From IMG/VR virus record IMGVR_UViG_3300030406_003741, positions 1-32,888 of that record: 32,888 nucleotides of DNA; one strand, 5' to 3'. The stretch is from a virus. Its lineage: Duplodnaviria; Caudoviricetes. The notes below the pieces were generated by a model. The model searched no databases. It was not told the origin of the DNA and saw only the letters and a program-made list of their open reading frames with translations. This document shows, one piece after another, positions 25,832 to 32,888 of the stretch. The position numbers were made by a program, and so were the translations under genes. Every line of letters begins with the position of its first letter. Position 1 is the stretch's first letter.

Positions 25832-26369
25832 TGCTACCTCCTAAGTCTGAATACTGTTCGTCACCGTCTGGTGTATTTGCAGGGAACAGAAGCTCGGCTT
25901 CTGAACGTGTGAGTCTGCGCTCCTGGGCGACGAGTCCGATGCTTGAGACCTTGGTTGCACCCTTGCAATCAATGGGTGGCAAGCTCTTGTTCACAAGCTC
26001 TGAGAAAGACTTGAGCCCCTTGGATACGGGTACTGCCTTCTCAAGCTCAGTAGCCGCATCCTTGCCCATGTCGTGTGCTTCTTTGAGAACTTCTTCAAGA
26101 ACCTTGAGCGAAGCCTCGCCAGTCACACCAGCACGCTGTAGCAGCATGGCGATGACTCGGGTGTATGGAATGCGACTGGTGCCCTTGCGGCTGTAGTCTT
26201 CTCTGACCTCCAACTCAAGCTGACCAACGAGTAGGAGGTCGATTGTGTGGATGCCTGGGTCGATGGATTCCCGTGCAGCGGTAAGCTTGGCCTTGTCTAC
26301 AAGCTTAGAGATTGCGACAAGTGTTTCGTGTGAAAGTCCATCAAGACCGTTCTGAATATCTCTCTTCAT
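25818..26369 (-). CDS. Hypothetical protein, 183 aa
   Basis: GAGGCAACC start motif, long ORF. Confidence 0.75.
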   Translation of the reverse strand: MKRDIQNGLDGLSHETLVAISKLVDKAKLTAARESIDPGIHTIDLLLVGQLELEVREDYSRKGTSRIPYTRVIAMLLQRAGVTGEASLKVLEEVLKEAHDMGKDAATELEKAVPVSKGLKSFSELVNKSLPPIDCKGATKVSSIGLVAQERRLTRSEAELLFPANTPDGDEQYSDLGGSNERQ

Positions 26370-26400
26370 TTGGTTGCCTCTTTTGTGTTATTGGATTTTG

Positions 26401-26430
26401 TTGTGTATCATTTTACTAAACTAACGTCAA
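26401..26430 (-). promoter_or_regulatory. Putative early promoter (TTGACG...TAGTAAAATGATACACAA)
   Basis: -35 TTGACG. The motif recurs at 26795-26825. Confidence 0.55.
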
Positions 26431-26436
26431 GTAAAT

Positions 26437-26569
26437 AAGGCATCTATTCGACCACTGACATGCCTTCCTGCTCAGTCGTTCTGCTTATGCCCTAAGCATA
26501 GGTCTACTTCATTTGGGTTGAGGCATCTGTTTGTCTCGTCGCCATGCCTCCCTGTGCGACCCCAACCCA
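26437..26569 (-). ncRNA. Candidate structured RNA: two tandem H-type pseudoknots separated by a hairpin
   Basis: Two intergenic copies with identical topology and fully compensatory changes in one helix (see findings). Confidence 0.55.
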
Positions 26570-26571
26570 CT

Positions 26572-26763
26572 TCAGGACCGTTTGTCTGTCCACCACTTGT
26601 GTAGTGAAGCCAAGAACTTTAGTGCGTGTCGAACATCTTCTCGTTGCTGAGGGGTAGCTCCCTCGTTGCTTGCCAAGAATGCTTTGTAGAGGACTGATGT
26701 GTCTTCAGACAGTGCTTCGAGTCCACGGTTTACTTTGTTTGTATGTGCTGGTTTACGAGCCAT
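26572..26763 (-). CDS. Hypothetical protein, 63 aa (MARKPAHTNK...)
   Basis: AAGGAGG SD before ATG 26763. Confidence 0.7.
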   Translation of the reverse strand: MARKPAHTNKVNRGLEALSEDTSVLYKAFLASNEGATPQQREDVRHALKFLASLHKWWTDKRS

Positions 26764-26794
26764 TTGACCCCTCCTTGTTGGGTTAGTAGCGGTA

Positions 26795-26825
26795 TTGTGT
26801 ATCATCTTTACTACTTCGCGGTCAA
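26795..26825 (-). promoter_or_regulatory. Putative early promoter (TTGACC...TAGTAAAGATGATACACAA)
   Basis: Near-identical to the 26401-26430 element. Confidence 0.55.
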
Positions 26826-27272
26826 TCTTGTTTCGCAATCTGTCATGTCCAATTCATGGAATGCCATGGCCCGATACTTGCCTATGTTTTCAAACAGAGG
26901 TGTCTGTTGTTCGTATGCTCGGACATCCGGTAGCCTCCTTGAAAGGGGCCCTGTCCTATCGCAATGCACATGGTATTCGTAGAAACTTTTGGTGTTGGGA
27001 TCAACGAACTCAACTCCAGTAAAGTTCATTGGTAACTCAGACCAATCTTCTGCAAATGCCTCAGCCAAGAACACGACATACCGTGCTGCGAGCAGCCTGG
27101 GATTGTCGAAGCCTGGATCCGACATCGGGCCAGGGGGCACCTTCATTTCAAGCTCTACAAGAAATCTAACTAAGTCTGCTAATGCTACTTCTGGATTGCC
27201 ATCGTAGTGTCTGTACACAGCGCACACTGGCCTACTATTATAAAAAAACTTGGTGATGCATCTCGTTCCCAT
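26811..27272 (-). CDS. Conserved phage early hypothetical protein (MGTR...YRHYDGxP type)
   Basis: MGTRC..VYRHYDGNP..YEY motifs. GGAGGCAACC start motif. Confidence 0.75.
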   Translation of the reverse strand: MGTRCITKFFYNSRPVCAVYRHYDGNPEVALADLVRFLVELEMKVPPGPMSDPGFDNPRLLAARYVVFLAEAFAEDWSELPMNFTGVEFVDPNTKSFYEYHVHCDRTGPLSRRLPDVRAYEQQTPLFENIGKYRAMAFHELDMTDCETRLTAK

Positions 27273-27459
27273 TGGTTGCCTCCTTGGGGGTGTGTTTCAA
27301 AGCGTCGATCAGATGATCGAGCAATCGTATTTTTTCTGAGCACTTGAGTTTACTGTCCTGATCGTAGCCTTCAATCCTTTCATGAAGCGTTGCACCGTAG
27401 AGGTGCAGTGCTTCCATTAGAACAGGTAGCTCCTGGTTTGTGATTCTTATGGTGGTCAT
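27238..27459 (-). CDS. Hypothetical protein, 73 aa
   Basis: AAGGAGG SD. Confidence 0.65.
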   Translation of the reverse strand: MTTIRITNQELPVLMEALHLYGATLHERIEGYDQDSKLKCSEKIRLLDHLIDALKHTPKEATNGNEMHHQVFL

Positions 27460-27593
27460 TGCAAATCCTCCTTGTCTACAAGCTCAATCCCAGCTTGCTT
27501 CAATGAGTACTCCGTAATGTCCCGCTCAACTTTCCTTCCTACAATGAAGCCGCAAACAAATAGTGCGACTCCGAGTAGGGTTTGTTCAATCAT
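27456..27593 (-). CDS. Small membrane protein, 45 aa (not in track): MIEQTLLGVALFVCGFIVGRKVERDITEYSLKQAGIELVDKEDLQ
   Basis: AAAGGAGGCAACTAATG start, TAATG and ATGA coupling, N-terminal TM. Confidence 0.7.
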   Translation of the reverse strand: MIEQTLLGVALFVCGFIVGRKVERDITEYSLKQAGIELVDKEDLQ

Positions 27594-29179
27594 TAGTTGC
27601 CTCCTTTCAGGTTGTTATTGAACTCAAACTCCATTGTGTCTTTGACGACTTCCGGTTTTGGCACCAAGATCATGGGCACCAACTCCTTGTCCTCTGGTCC
27701 TCGCTCGTGCTCTTTGATGATGGTTGTCTTGATGGCTGTGAAGCGCACACCGTCTGGCCAACGAGCACGCCGGTCTTTCATTCTCCTTGCATCCCTTGGC
27801 CCGATGTCCAGGTTGTCGGTGTAGATGGTGTAGCCACGTTGAACGAGGTCATTGCGGACATCATCGGTCAAAGGTAGTGGTCCGTTCTTGATGTAGCATC
27901 GCTCATGTGTGCGGCACGAAATCCTGTGTCCCAGTTTCCAACGAGGCAATATGCCGCTGCCTTCCTCTCTATTTTGAGGAGTAACTGTACCGCTACTCAT
28001 CTGAACCCTGGTGTACCGGGACTGTCTAACAGTGATGCCTTCCGACTTCTTGAGCTTCTTCCTCTGACGCTTCTGCGATTTGCTAAAGACCGTCTGAACC
28101 GTGCGATGATCATTGATTGCTTGAATGACTTTCGTCACTGTCATGCAGACAGTAGATCCTTTAGGGGTCCACTCAGCTACATGCTGTACCTCACCAAGTT
28201 GGTTCGGACGGTCTATAGGAATCTCCTTGTTGCTTTCTACATACAAGACTGATGTGAAAGGAACCTTTACGAAGTCTTTGTTCGGTGGACAATGTTCATT
28301 AGAAAATACATACCCATGATAAAGGCCCAGCACGATTGTCTTCATTAGTGCCTTGGGGTTTTTCATCTGAACTAAAAGAAAACCAACGCAATAGATCGCA
28401 TCAAGCGGTGCAACCTGTGTGCTCCCTTTGAAAGGGTAAGCATAAGTAGGGCAGTTGTACTCACGCACTGCCGTGTGTTGATTGTCTACTCTTTGATATA
28501 TCAGATGCGTACCTTCTCCTTCGACTTTCTCTAAAGCAATAAAGGTCGAAGAGTATGGAATCATCTCTGGAAATGAAGTTGCCTCGCACAGTTGATGTGA
28601 AAGATTCCGGTGACTATCCTGCCATTCTTTCAACTCATCCGTAGTCTGTTGACGATACCATTGCTTCCAAGTGTCAGCGAGATTCCAAGTAGAACATCGT
28701 GGAAAAGGAACACGCATGTTCTTACTGCACTCTACAGCAACATGAATGACCCTTTGCTTTTCTGCCTCACAAACCCACCAACTTGGAAAGGCGATCACAT
28801 TAGTCCTGCTTACGAGTTCTTTGAACCATATGCTTGGCTCTTGATCAAATAGCCTGTAGTCACGAAGACCCTCGATGAAGTCGGCGGGATCTCCTGCTCT
28901 TACCTGCATGTTTGGCTGTATACCAAAGTTTCTTTTGTCTACTCGCATCATGCCCAAGAGAATGTCCATGGCGTCTGATTGTCTGGCGTCTTCTTTTGCC
29001 TCATCCCAACGCATGGCGACACGCATGTCACCAAACCTCGTGACGCTTTTTTGTAGGTCTGCCTCACTTCTGCGAGCCTGCTCGTTGTCGGATCTACGTT
29101 TCCATTCTTCAAAGGTTGACGCACCCTTGAAGCCCTCGTCATTGAAGGCATCAAGGATCATTTCTAAGTTGCTCATCAC
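27593..29179 (-). CDS. Large hypothetical protein, 528 aa, with C-terminal His/Arg motif
   Basis: GAGGAGG SD. HRISCRTHERCY...IIKEHERGPED resembles the H..RGHWR...H..GP motif of uncharacterised phage proteins. Confidence 0.75.
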   Translation of the reverse strand: MMSNLEMILDAFNDEGFKGASTFEEWKRRSDNEQARRSEADLQKSVTRFGDMRVAMRWDEAKEDARQSDAMDILLGMMRVDKRNFGIQPNMQVRAGDPADFIEGLRDYRLFDQEPSIWFKELVSRTNVIAFPSWWVCEAEKQRVIHVAVECSKNMRVPFPRCSTWNLADTWKQWYRQQTTDELKEWQDSHRNLSHQLCEATSFPEMIPYSSTFIALEKVEGEGTHLIYQRVDNQHTAVREYNCPTYAYPFKGSTQVAPLDAIYCVGFLLVQMKNPKALMKTIVLGLYHGYVFSNEHCPPNKDFVKVPFTSVLYVESNKEIPIDRPNQLGEVQHVAEWTPKGSTVCMTVTKVIQAINDHRTVQTVFSKSQKRQRKKLKKSEGITVRQSRYTRVQMSSGTVTPQNREEGSGILPRWKLGHRISCRTHERCYIKNGPLPLTDDVRNDLVQRGYTIYTDNLDIGPRDARRMKDRRARWPDGVRFTAIKTTIIKEHERGPEDKELVPMILVPKPEVVKDTMEFEFNNNLKGGN

Positions 29180-29427
29180 TCCTCCTCACATTCGGTGACT
29201 TGGCCGCCGTCACATGTCCCACCATGGTATGCCTCGATGAGTAGCCCAGGCTCATTGACGTGGAACTCTACGACTTCTCCCGATTCAAACGTGCCGGTGA
29301 GATCGTGAGCAAGCTGGACGGCCTCCTCTTTCGAGTCAGCCTCAACCTCTACCAAGACATACACCGTGTGCTCAAGCTCCACATGATAGGTTTTTTTCTT
29401 ATTGCCCAATCTCAATACCTCTCCCAT
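29176..29427 (-). CDS. Small hypothetical protein (KTYHVEL..VEVEADSKEEA type), 83 aa
   Basis: GGAGGCAACTAATG start at 29427, preferred over the track start at 29478. Confidence 0.7.
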   Translation of the reverse strand: MGEVLRLGNKKKTYHVELEHTVYVLVEVEADSKEEAVQLAHDLTGTFESGEVVEFHVNEPGLLIEAYHGGTCDGGQVTECEEE

Positions 29428-29747
29428 TAGTTGCCTCCTTGTTTGTTGTTCTTTGTCCACTTGTCTTGTGGGTTCCATTCTTCAACGACTTGCTCCTCCA
29501 TCGTCAGTGCATCTTTGTTGAGCAGGGTGACAATGGTTTGCTTGTCAGCCTTAGCAACAGTGCATGCCTTGATCTCAATCGAAAGGTCATACGCAACCTC
29601 TGCCAGCCGAAAGCTCTTGTTGTACTTGCGTTCCTCTTGAACGAAGTCTCTAATGATTTGCACCGCGCTCTTCCTGGCCGCAACGTGTGACCGGAAGTAC
29701 TGGATGAACGGCTCACAGATGTTTGTCTCAACGCAATAGACTCTCAT
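29427..29747 (-). CDS. Hypothetical protein, 106 aa
   Basis: GGAGGTGAGG SD, ATGA coupling. Confidence 0.7.
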   Translation of the reverse strand: MRVYCVETNICEPFIQYFRSHVAARKSAVQIIRDFVQEERKYNKSFRLAEVAYDLSIEIKACTVAKADKQTIVTLLNKDALTMEEQVVEEWNPQDKWTKNNKQGGN

Positions 29748-30118
29748 TCCTCACCTCCTTCGAGCTTTGCCCGTCGCTCAACCATTTCTGCATAGGCTCG
29801 TGCTACACACAGCAGCACCTCTCGATTGGTGATGTGCTGGCCGACTCGTTCGTCTGACTCGTCCCAGGGGAACACGATGCCAGCCTCTTGCAACTCGAAG
29901 AACTTCTCGTTTGAGATACCGAGAGGGAAAGACCAAAGCTTGTGCTCGCCAGGTGCGCTGCACATTACGTTCGTTCCTGGTTCTTTACCGAACGTAAATA
30001 TAGCGCTGCCGTCTGGATGTTTGTAACTCAAGCCATTGCGTGCGAATTGTAGGTTTGATTTCTTGAATCCGATGCTTCGGAAAGCACCAGCCATTTGTCG
30101 ATTCGTGAACTCTTTCAT
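29744..30118 (-). CDS. Hypothetical protein, 124 aa (MKEFTNRQ...)
   Basis: GAGGCAACCATG at 30118. Confidence 0.7.
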   Translation of the reverse strand: MKEFTNRQMAGAFRSIGFKKSNLQFARNGLSYKHPDGSAIFTFGKEPGTNVMCSAPGEHKLWSFPLGISNEKFFELQEAGIVFPWDESDERVGQHITNREVLLCVARAYAEMVERRAKLEGGEE

Positions 30119-30161
30119 GGTTGCCTCGGTTGTTTGTGTATAAAGTGGGCACACTGTGTGT

Positions 30162-30190
30162 AAAAAAGGAATCCCGGTGTGCCAGCGGGA
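30162..30190 (-). terminator. Probable intrinsic terminator
   Basis: Minus strand TCCCGCTG-GCA-CACCGGGA (one mismatch) followed by TTCCTTTTTT. Confidence 0.45.
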
Positions 30191-30247
30191 CGACAGACGT
30201 TGCAGGAGACTCCTCCTTTATTGGTGATCCGGCCTGTCAGCGGTGGT

Positions 30248-30748
30248 TTAGAACAACCCGATTGGTGACGTTATTGCCAGTTCATCGGGTAGCTCATCTA
30301 TGATCCAAGGCGTGTCCAGGTATCCAGGCAACGCCTCAGGTTTACAGGGAAAGGGGTACAGTTCTCTCGCTTTGCTGCGTGCTGCGTCTCTCATCAATCG
30401 AACAACAGTAGCTGCTCGGCTCGGCTGATACATGTCGTAGAAGTTTACATTTGAATGGGTGCCTCGGATCTCCTCCTCGTACACCCTCGTGGCCTTGAAC
30501 ATCTCTGCCGGTGACAGTGGAAAACCGTAACGGTAGTAGTTGATTGCACCAGTAAGATAGTCCCACCCTTTGTCGAGTAGCCACTCACTACAAGCATGCT
30601 GCCCCGGTGCATGGAACATGGCGAGGTTAGAGATCAACAGGTTCTGTTCTGGGATTTCATTGTGCAGAAAAACATTCTGTGGTTTCTTTCGAATCCTCAG
30701 ATAACTACCAACCATTGCGGCGAGGTGAGTCTTGGTCATCGTATTCAT
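30248..30748 (-). CDS. Hypothetical protein, 166 aa
   Basis: ATGA coupling, long ORF. Confidence 0.7.
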   Translation of the reverse strand: MNTMTKTHLAAMVGSYLRIRKKPQNVFLHNEIPEQNLLISNLAMFHAPGQHACSEWLLDKGWDYLTGAINYYRYGFPLSPAEMFKATRVYEEEIRGTHSNVNFYDMYQPSRAATVVRLMRDAARSKARELYPFPCKPEALPGYLDTPWIIDELPDELAITSPIGLF

Positions 30749-31065
30749 TCTTGAACTTCCTCTGCAATATCTGGACAGTTGTGCTCAACCCGCTCAAGGT
30801 ACGAGATAGTGTTGTTCATGTCCCAACCATCCAGCATGGCGAGGCCATACGCCGCAAGGCTTACTACTTCCTCGTATGCATGCCGTTGGTAATAGTTACA
30901 GTCTGTTGAGTATTGCTTTACGTTTGAGTTCAGCTTTGACGCCAAGGCAGGGAGATGCTCGGGAAGCAGTGGCTCAGGTGCATCGACCCCAATGTCCTCA
31001 GGGTCACAGATGTAGAGGTAGAAGATAATCCTGGGGTAGCGCCAGGACTCATAGATGTTTGGCAT
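30745..31065 (-). CDS. Hypothetical protein, 106 aa (MPNIYESW...)
   Basis: GGAGGCAACCATG at 31065. The track's longer start overlaps ardC. Confidence 0.7.
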   Translation of the reverse strand: MPNIYESWRYPRIIFYLYICDPEDIGVDAPEPLLPEHLPALASKLNSNVKQYSTDCNYYQRHAYEEVVSLAAYGLAMLDGWDMNNTISYLERVEHNCPDIAEEVQE

Positions 31066-31083
31066 GGTTGCCTCCATGGTGAA

Positions 31084-31109
31084 GGGTAGTTTAGTGACGT
31101 ACCCAGGTC
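31084..31109 (-). ncRNA. Compact H-type pseudoknot candidate in a 5' leader
   Basis: GAC-CT-GGGTA-C-GTC-ACTAAAC-TACCC, with helices GAC/GTC and GGGTA/TACCC. Confidence 0.5.
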
Positions 31110-31117
31110 GTTGTTGT

Positions 31118-32122
31118 TTAGGCCGCTGACTTGTCTGCGACTGCTTTCTTCTCTGCGTTGGCAAGGATCCGCTCGGTTGCCTCACGGGCCAGCTTGCTTG
31201 CTGTGAACAGTGCTCGGTTGTCTTTCTTGAGCACCTTGATCCAGTGCGCCATGTACTGAACGTGGTCCTCTCGAACAACCCCCGAGCCTACGACTCCCGT
31301 CGCAGCCATCAGGTTAGCTGCCCCAAGCTCTGCGACCAACTCCTCAAAGGCGTAGGCAGCATCTCCGAATCGACCTGAGAAGTCTCGGTCCTCTCGTGAC
31401 TTGTGTCCCGTAGAGTGGATGTCCTCATGGAACTCAGTACACAGTGCATCCTCCTCCGAGTTGAATGCCTCGTACTCTGGGAGTTGGATGCGGTCAGAAG
31501 ACGGCACATAGTATGCTCGACCCCCACCGAACTTAGTGGGGACAACCTTGCGCCATTGCTCGATGACCTCCCAAGCTCTCTCGTGCTTGAGTTCGACCTG
31601 CTCTTCCTCGATGGTTTCCTCAACCTCTGGGTCTTCAGTTACCCATGGCTCGGGTCCATCGAGTTGTTCAAAGTTCCACACTCGGTAGACCTTAGGCTTG
31701 AAGCTGGTCCACGTTATGGGCTGGCCCTTTGAATCGAGCATAGGCTCACCCGTCTCCGCGTTTGTCTTCGGATAGTTCTTCACGACAAAGAAGTAGACAG
31801 GCGATGGACCAGGCCCACCCTTGGCACCGCTCTGGTCTTTCTTTACCTTCCATCCTTTGGATGCCAGTTGCTTGAACGTGCAGAACCTCGGGTCTGACCA
31901 GCCGAATGCCATGGCACGGATAGCCAGCAGCCATGCGTTGTTGCCGTTGTATACCCGACCGCCTGACTGAGTGCAGGGGTTGAAGGGTAGCACTCCGTTC
32001 AGTTCACTCCTGCTTCCAGGCTTGACCTTCCAGGGTTGTGACCAGGGGCCTACTCCTTTCTCCAAGCCCTGAATCACAAGCTCGGTGATGTGGGTGTACG
32101 GATCCCATTTCTTTGGTTTCAT
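31118..32122 (-). CDS. ardC: ArdC-like antirestriction protein (ssDNA-binding N-domain + zincin-like metallopeptidase domain)
   Basis: PWSQPW, YNGNN..LL, RFCTFKQ..GWKVKK, VWNFEQ, AYYVPSSDRIQLP, HEDIHSTGH, YAFEELVAELGA. Confidence 0.9.
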   Translation of the reverse strand: MKPKKWDPYTHITELVIQGLEKGVGPWSQPWKVKPGSRSELNGVLPFNPCTQSGGRVYNGNNAWLLAIRAMAFGWSDPRFCTFKQLASKGWKVKKDQSGAKGGPGPSPVYFFVVKNYPKTNAETGEPMLDSKGQPITWTSFKPKVYRVWNFEQLDGPEPWVTEDPEVEETIEEEQVELKHERAWEVIEQWRKVVPTKFGGGRAYYVPSSDRIQLPEYEAFNSEEDALCTEFHEDIHSTGHKSREDRDFSGRFGDAAYAFEELVAELGAANLMAATGVVGSGVVREDHVQYMAHWIKVLKKDNRALFTASKLAREATERILANAEKKAVADKSAA

Positions 32123-32152
32123 TGGTTGCCTCCAAGTTTTTTGTGTGGTGAA

Positions 32153-32181
32153 ACTATATCATAGTATTTTGGTCATGTCAC
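32153..32181 (-). promoter_or_regulatory. Sigma70-type promoter for ardC
   Basis: GTGACA-N17-TATAGT with extended TGn. Confidence 0.6.
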
Positions 32182-32424
32182 ATCTTTTATATTGAATGCG
32201 TTCATGTCGTTGTTCAATCGCAAGTCGTCCACGATTTCGTCGTCGGCCATGTCTGTCCAGTACGGATAGCGGTCTTGCATCTCGTGTAAGAGTGCGGCGA
32301 CCTCATTCGGTTTGGTCAGGCTCACGGTTCTGTTGGACACCATCCATTGATAGAACAGTCTTTTGTATAGAGACTTGAACGCCTCGTAGTTGTCAGGAAT
32401 TTTGATTGTATGGTCTAAGGACAT
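32173..32424 (-). CDS. Hypothetical protein, 83 aa
   Basis: GGAGAG SD. Confidence 0.65.
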   Translation of the reverse strand: MSLDHTIKIPDNYEAFKSLYKRLFYQWMVSNRTVSLTKPNEVAALLHEMQDRYPYWTDMADDEIVDDLRLNNDMNAFNIKDVT

Positions 32425-32731
32425 CGGCTCTCCATGCTGTTTGAGTTCGGTTGGTAAGTTCGTTCATTGCTTCGCAGGTCTGTTGATACTCCTCGTCGGC
32501 GTTGGTCTGGACCTCCAACTGCGTTTCAATCCAGACGTGAGCACCACAAGACAGTGGCTTGTCTGGTCGGTAGACGACCCTGGCTACCTCCTCTCCGTCA
32601 GGTCCGAGGATGATTGCATCGTGTGCATATCTGTTGGACTTGTAGTCCTTGACTGTGATCACCGGGTTGTTCTCTCCTTTCTTCTTGTTTGCCCGGATCA
32701 CATGTTGATTGACATGGATGACTGTCTTCAT
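32393..32731 (-). CDS. Conserved phage hypothetical protein
   Basis: IHVNQHVIR.N..PVITVK..VVYRPDKPLSCGAHVWIET pattern. AAAGGAGGTGAG SD. Confidence 0.8.
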   Translation of the reverse strand: MKTVIHVNQHVIRANKKKGENNPVITVKDYKSNRYAHDAIILGPDGEEVARVVYRPDKPLSCGAHVWIETQLEVQTNADEEYQQTCEAMNELTNRTQTAWRADVLRPYNQNS

Positions 32732-32888
32732 TGCTCACCTCCTTTGTGTTGTTGAAGAACCTTGCTCCTCCATTGTTTGGCGTACTCATTGGGAGCATCG
32801 CCTGCTTCTTCGAGCAGCGACTTGGGGCAGTCGTAGTAGCATGGCCCCATGTGTTCACTGATTGGTTTGTAGCCCCACTCCCCGTCGT
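32728..32888 (-). CDS. C-terminus of a truncated gene (DUF6927-like): ...DGEWGYKPISEHMGPCYYDCPKSLLEEAGDAPNEYAKQWRSKV...
   Basis: Open to the window edge. WGYK..E.MGP..YDCP..LL...WR motif. ATGA coupling to the next gene. Confidence 0.65.
   Translation of the reverse strand, partial: DGEWGYKPISEHMGPCYYDCPKSLLEEAGDAPNEYAKQWRSKVLQQHKGGEQ

Larger units (their letters stand above)
1..32888. mobile_element. Tailed phage/prophage genome segment (late virion block, recombination/replication block, early accessory block)
   Basis: Dense, translationally coupled small ORFs. RecT+YqaJ, RuvC-like, initiator+DnaB, endolysin, ArdC and a giant virion-type protein are present. No host core genes. Confidence 0.95.

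Noticed and set aside
26482-26498. TGCTTATGCCCTAAGC resembles part of a pistol ribozyme
   Set aside because: The upstream hairpin with a UUAGGG loop needed for the pistol pseudoknot is absent.
26504-26545. 13 aa minus-strand ORF MATRQTDASTQMK after GGGAGGC
   Set aside because: The SD is too close to the ATG and both lie within the pseudoknot helices; the second copy has no equivalent short ORF.
26437-26560. HDV-like/theta ribozyme, SAM-II/V or preQ1 riboswitch identity for the pseudoknots
   Set aside because: No P3/L3 or J4/2 elements, and none of the conserved ligand-binding nucleotides are recognisable.
30195-30220. GGAG..CUGCAAC similarity to the SAH riboswitch
   Set aside because: It lacks the CCAGGCUC and downstream GCGCU pseudoknot elements.
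11273-31185. GAGGCAAC copies inside coding regions (11273, 11883, ~28578, ~31177)
   Set aside because: They encode Glu-Ala-Thr in frame and have no start codon following, so they are treated as background.
1-32888. tRNA genes or stop-codon reassignment
   Set aside because: No cloverleaf was seen in the short intergenic spaces, and TAA, TAG and TGA all terminate intact genes.

Overview
This window is part of a tailed dsDNA bacteriophage (or prophage) genome. No host housekeeping genes, integrase, terminase or recognisable major capsid gene are present. Bases 1-16.9 kb (+) form a late/virion block. It holds a 5'-truncated giant (>2950 aa) polyvalent-type internal virion protein with an ADP-ribosyltransferase-like domain, beta-rich minor structural proteins, three small membrane/holin-like ORFs and a Cys-rich HiPIP-like ORF. 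It also holds two DUF2589-like paralogs bracketing five small Lys-rich proteins, and a PG-binding endolysin with an L,D-transpeptidase-like motif. Bases 16.9-23.3 kb encode recombination and replication functions: RecT, a YqaJ-type exonuclease, an XRE HTH protein, a RuvC-like resolvase, an initiator with internal iterons, DnaB and histone-like basic proteins. Bases 23.4-32.9 kb (mostly -) form an early accessory block with ArdC and many small unknowns. The most notable unexplained signals are (i) a tandem pair of covarying H-type RNA pseudoknots at 26437-26560 plus a third compact pseudoknot at 31084-31109, (ii) a conserved start-associated motif GAGGCAAC(C/T) before about ten early/middle genes, (iii) the DUF2589 pair plus basic mini-protein cassette, and (iv) an RxLYGPPA motif repeated three times at module boundaries of the giant protein. 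All family assignments are from motif recognition by eye; no searches were run.
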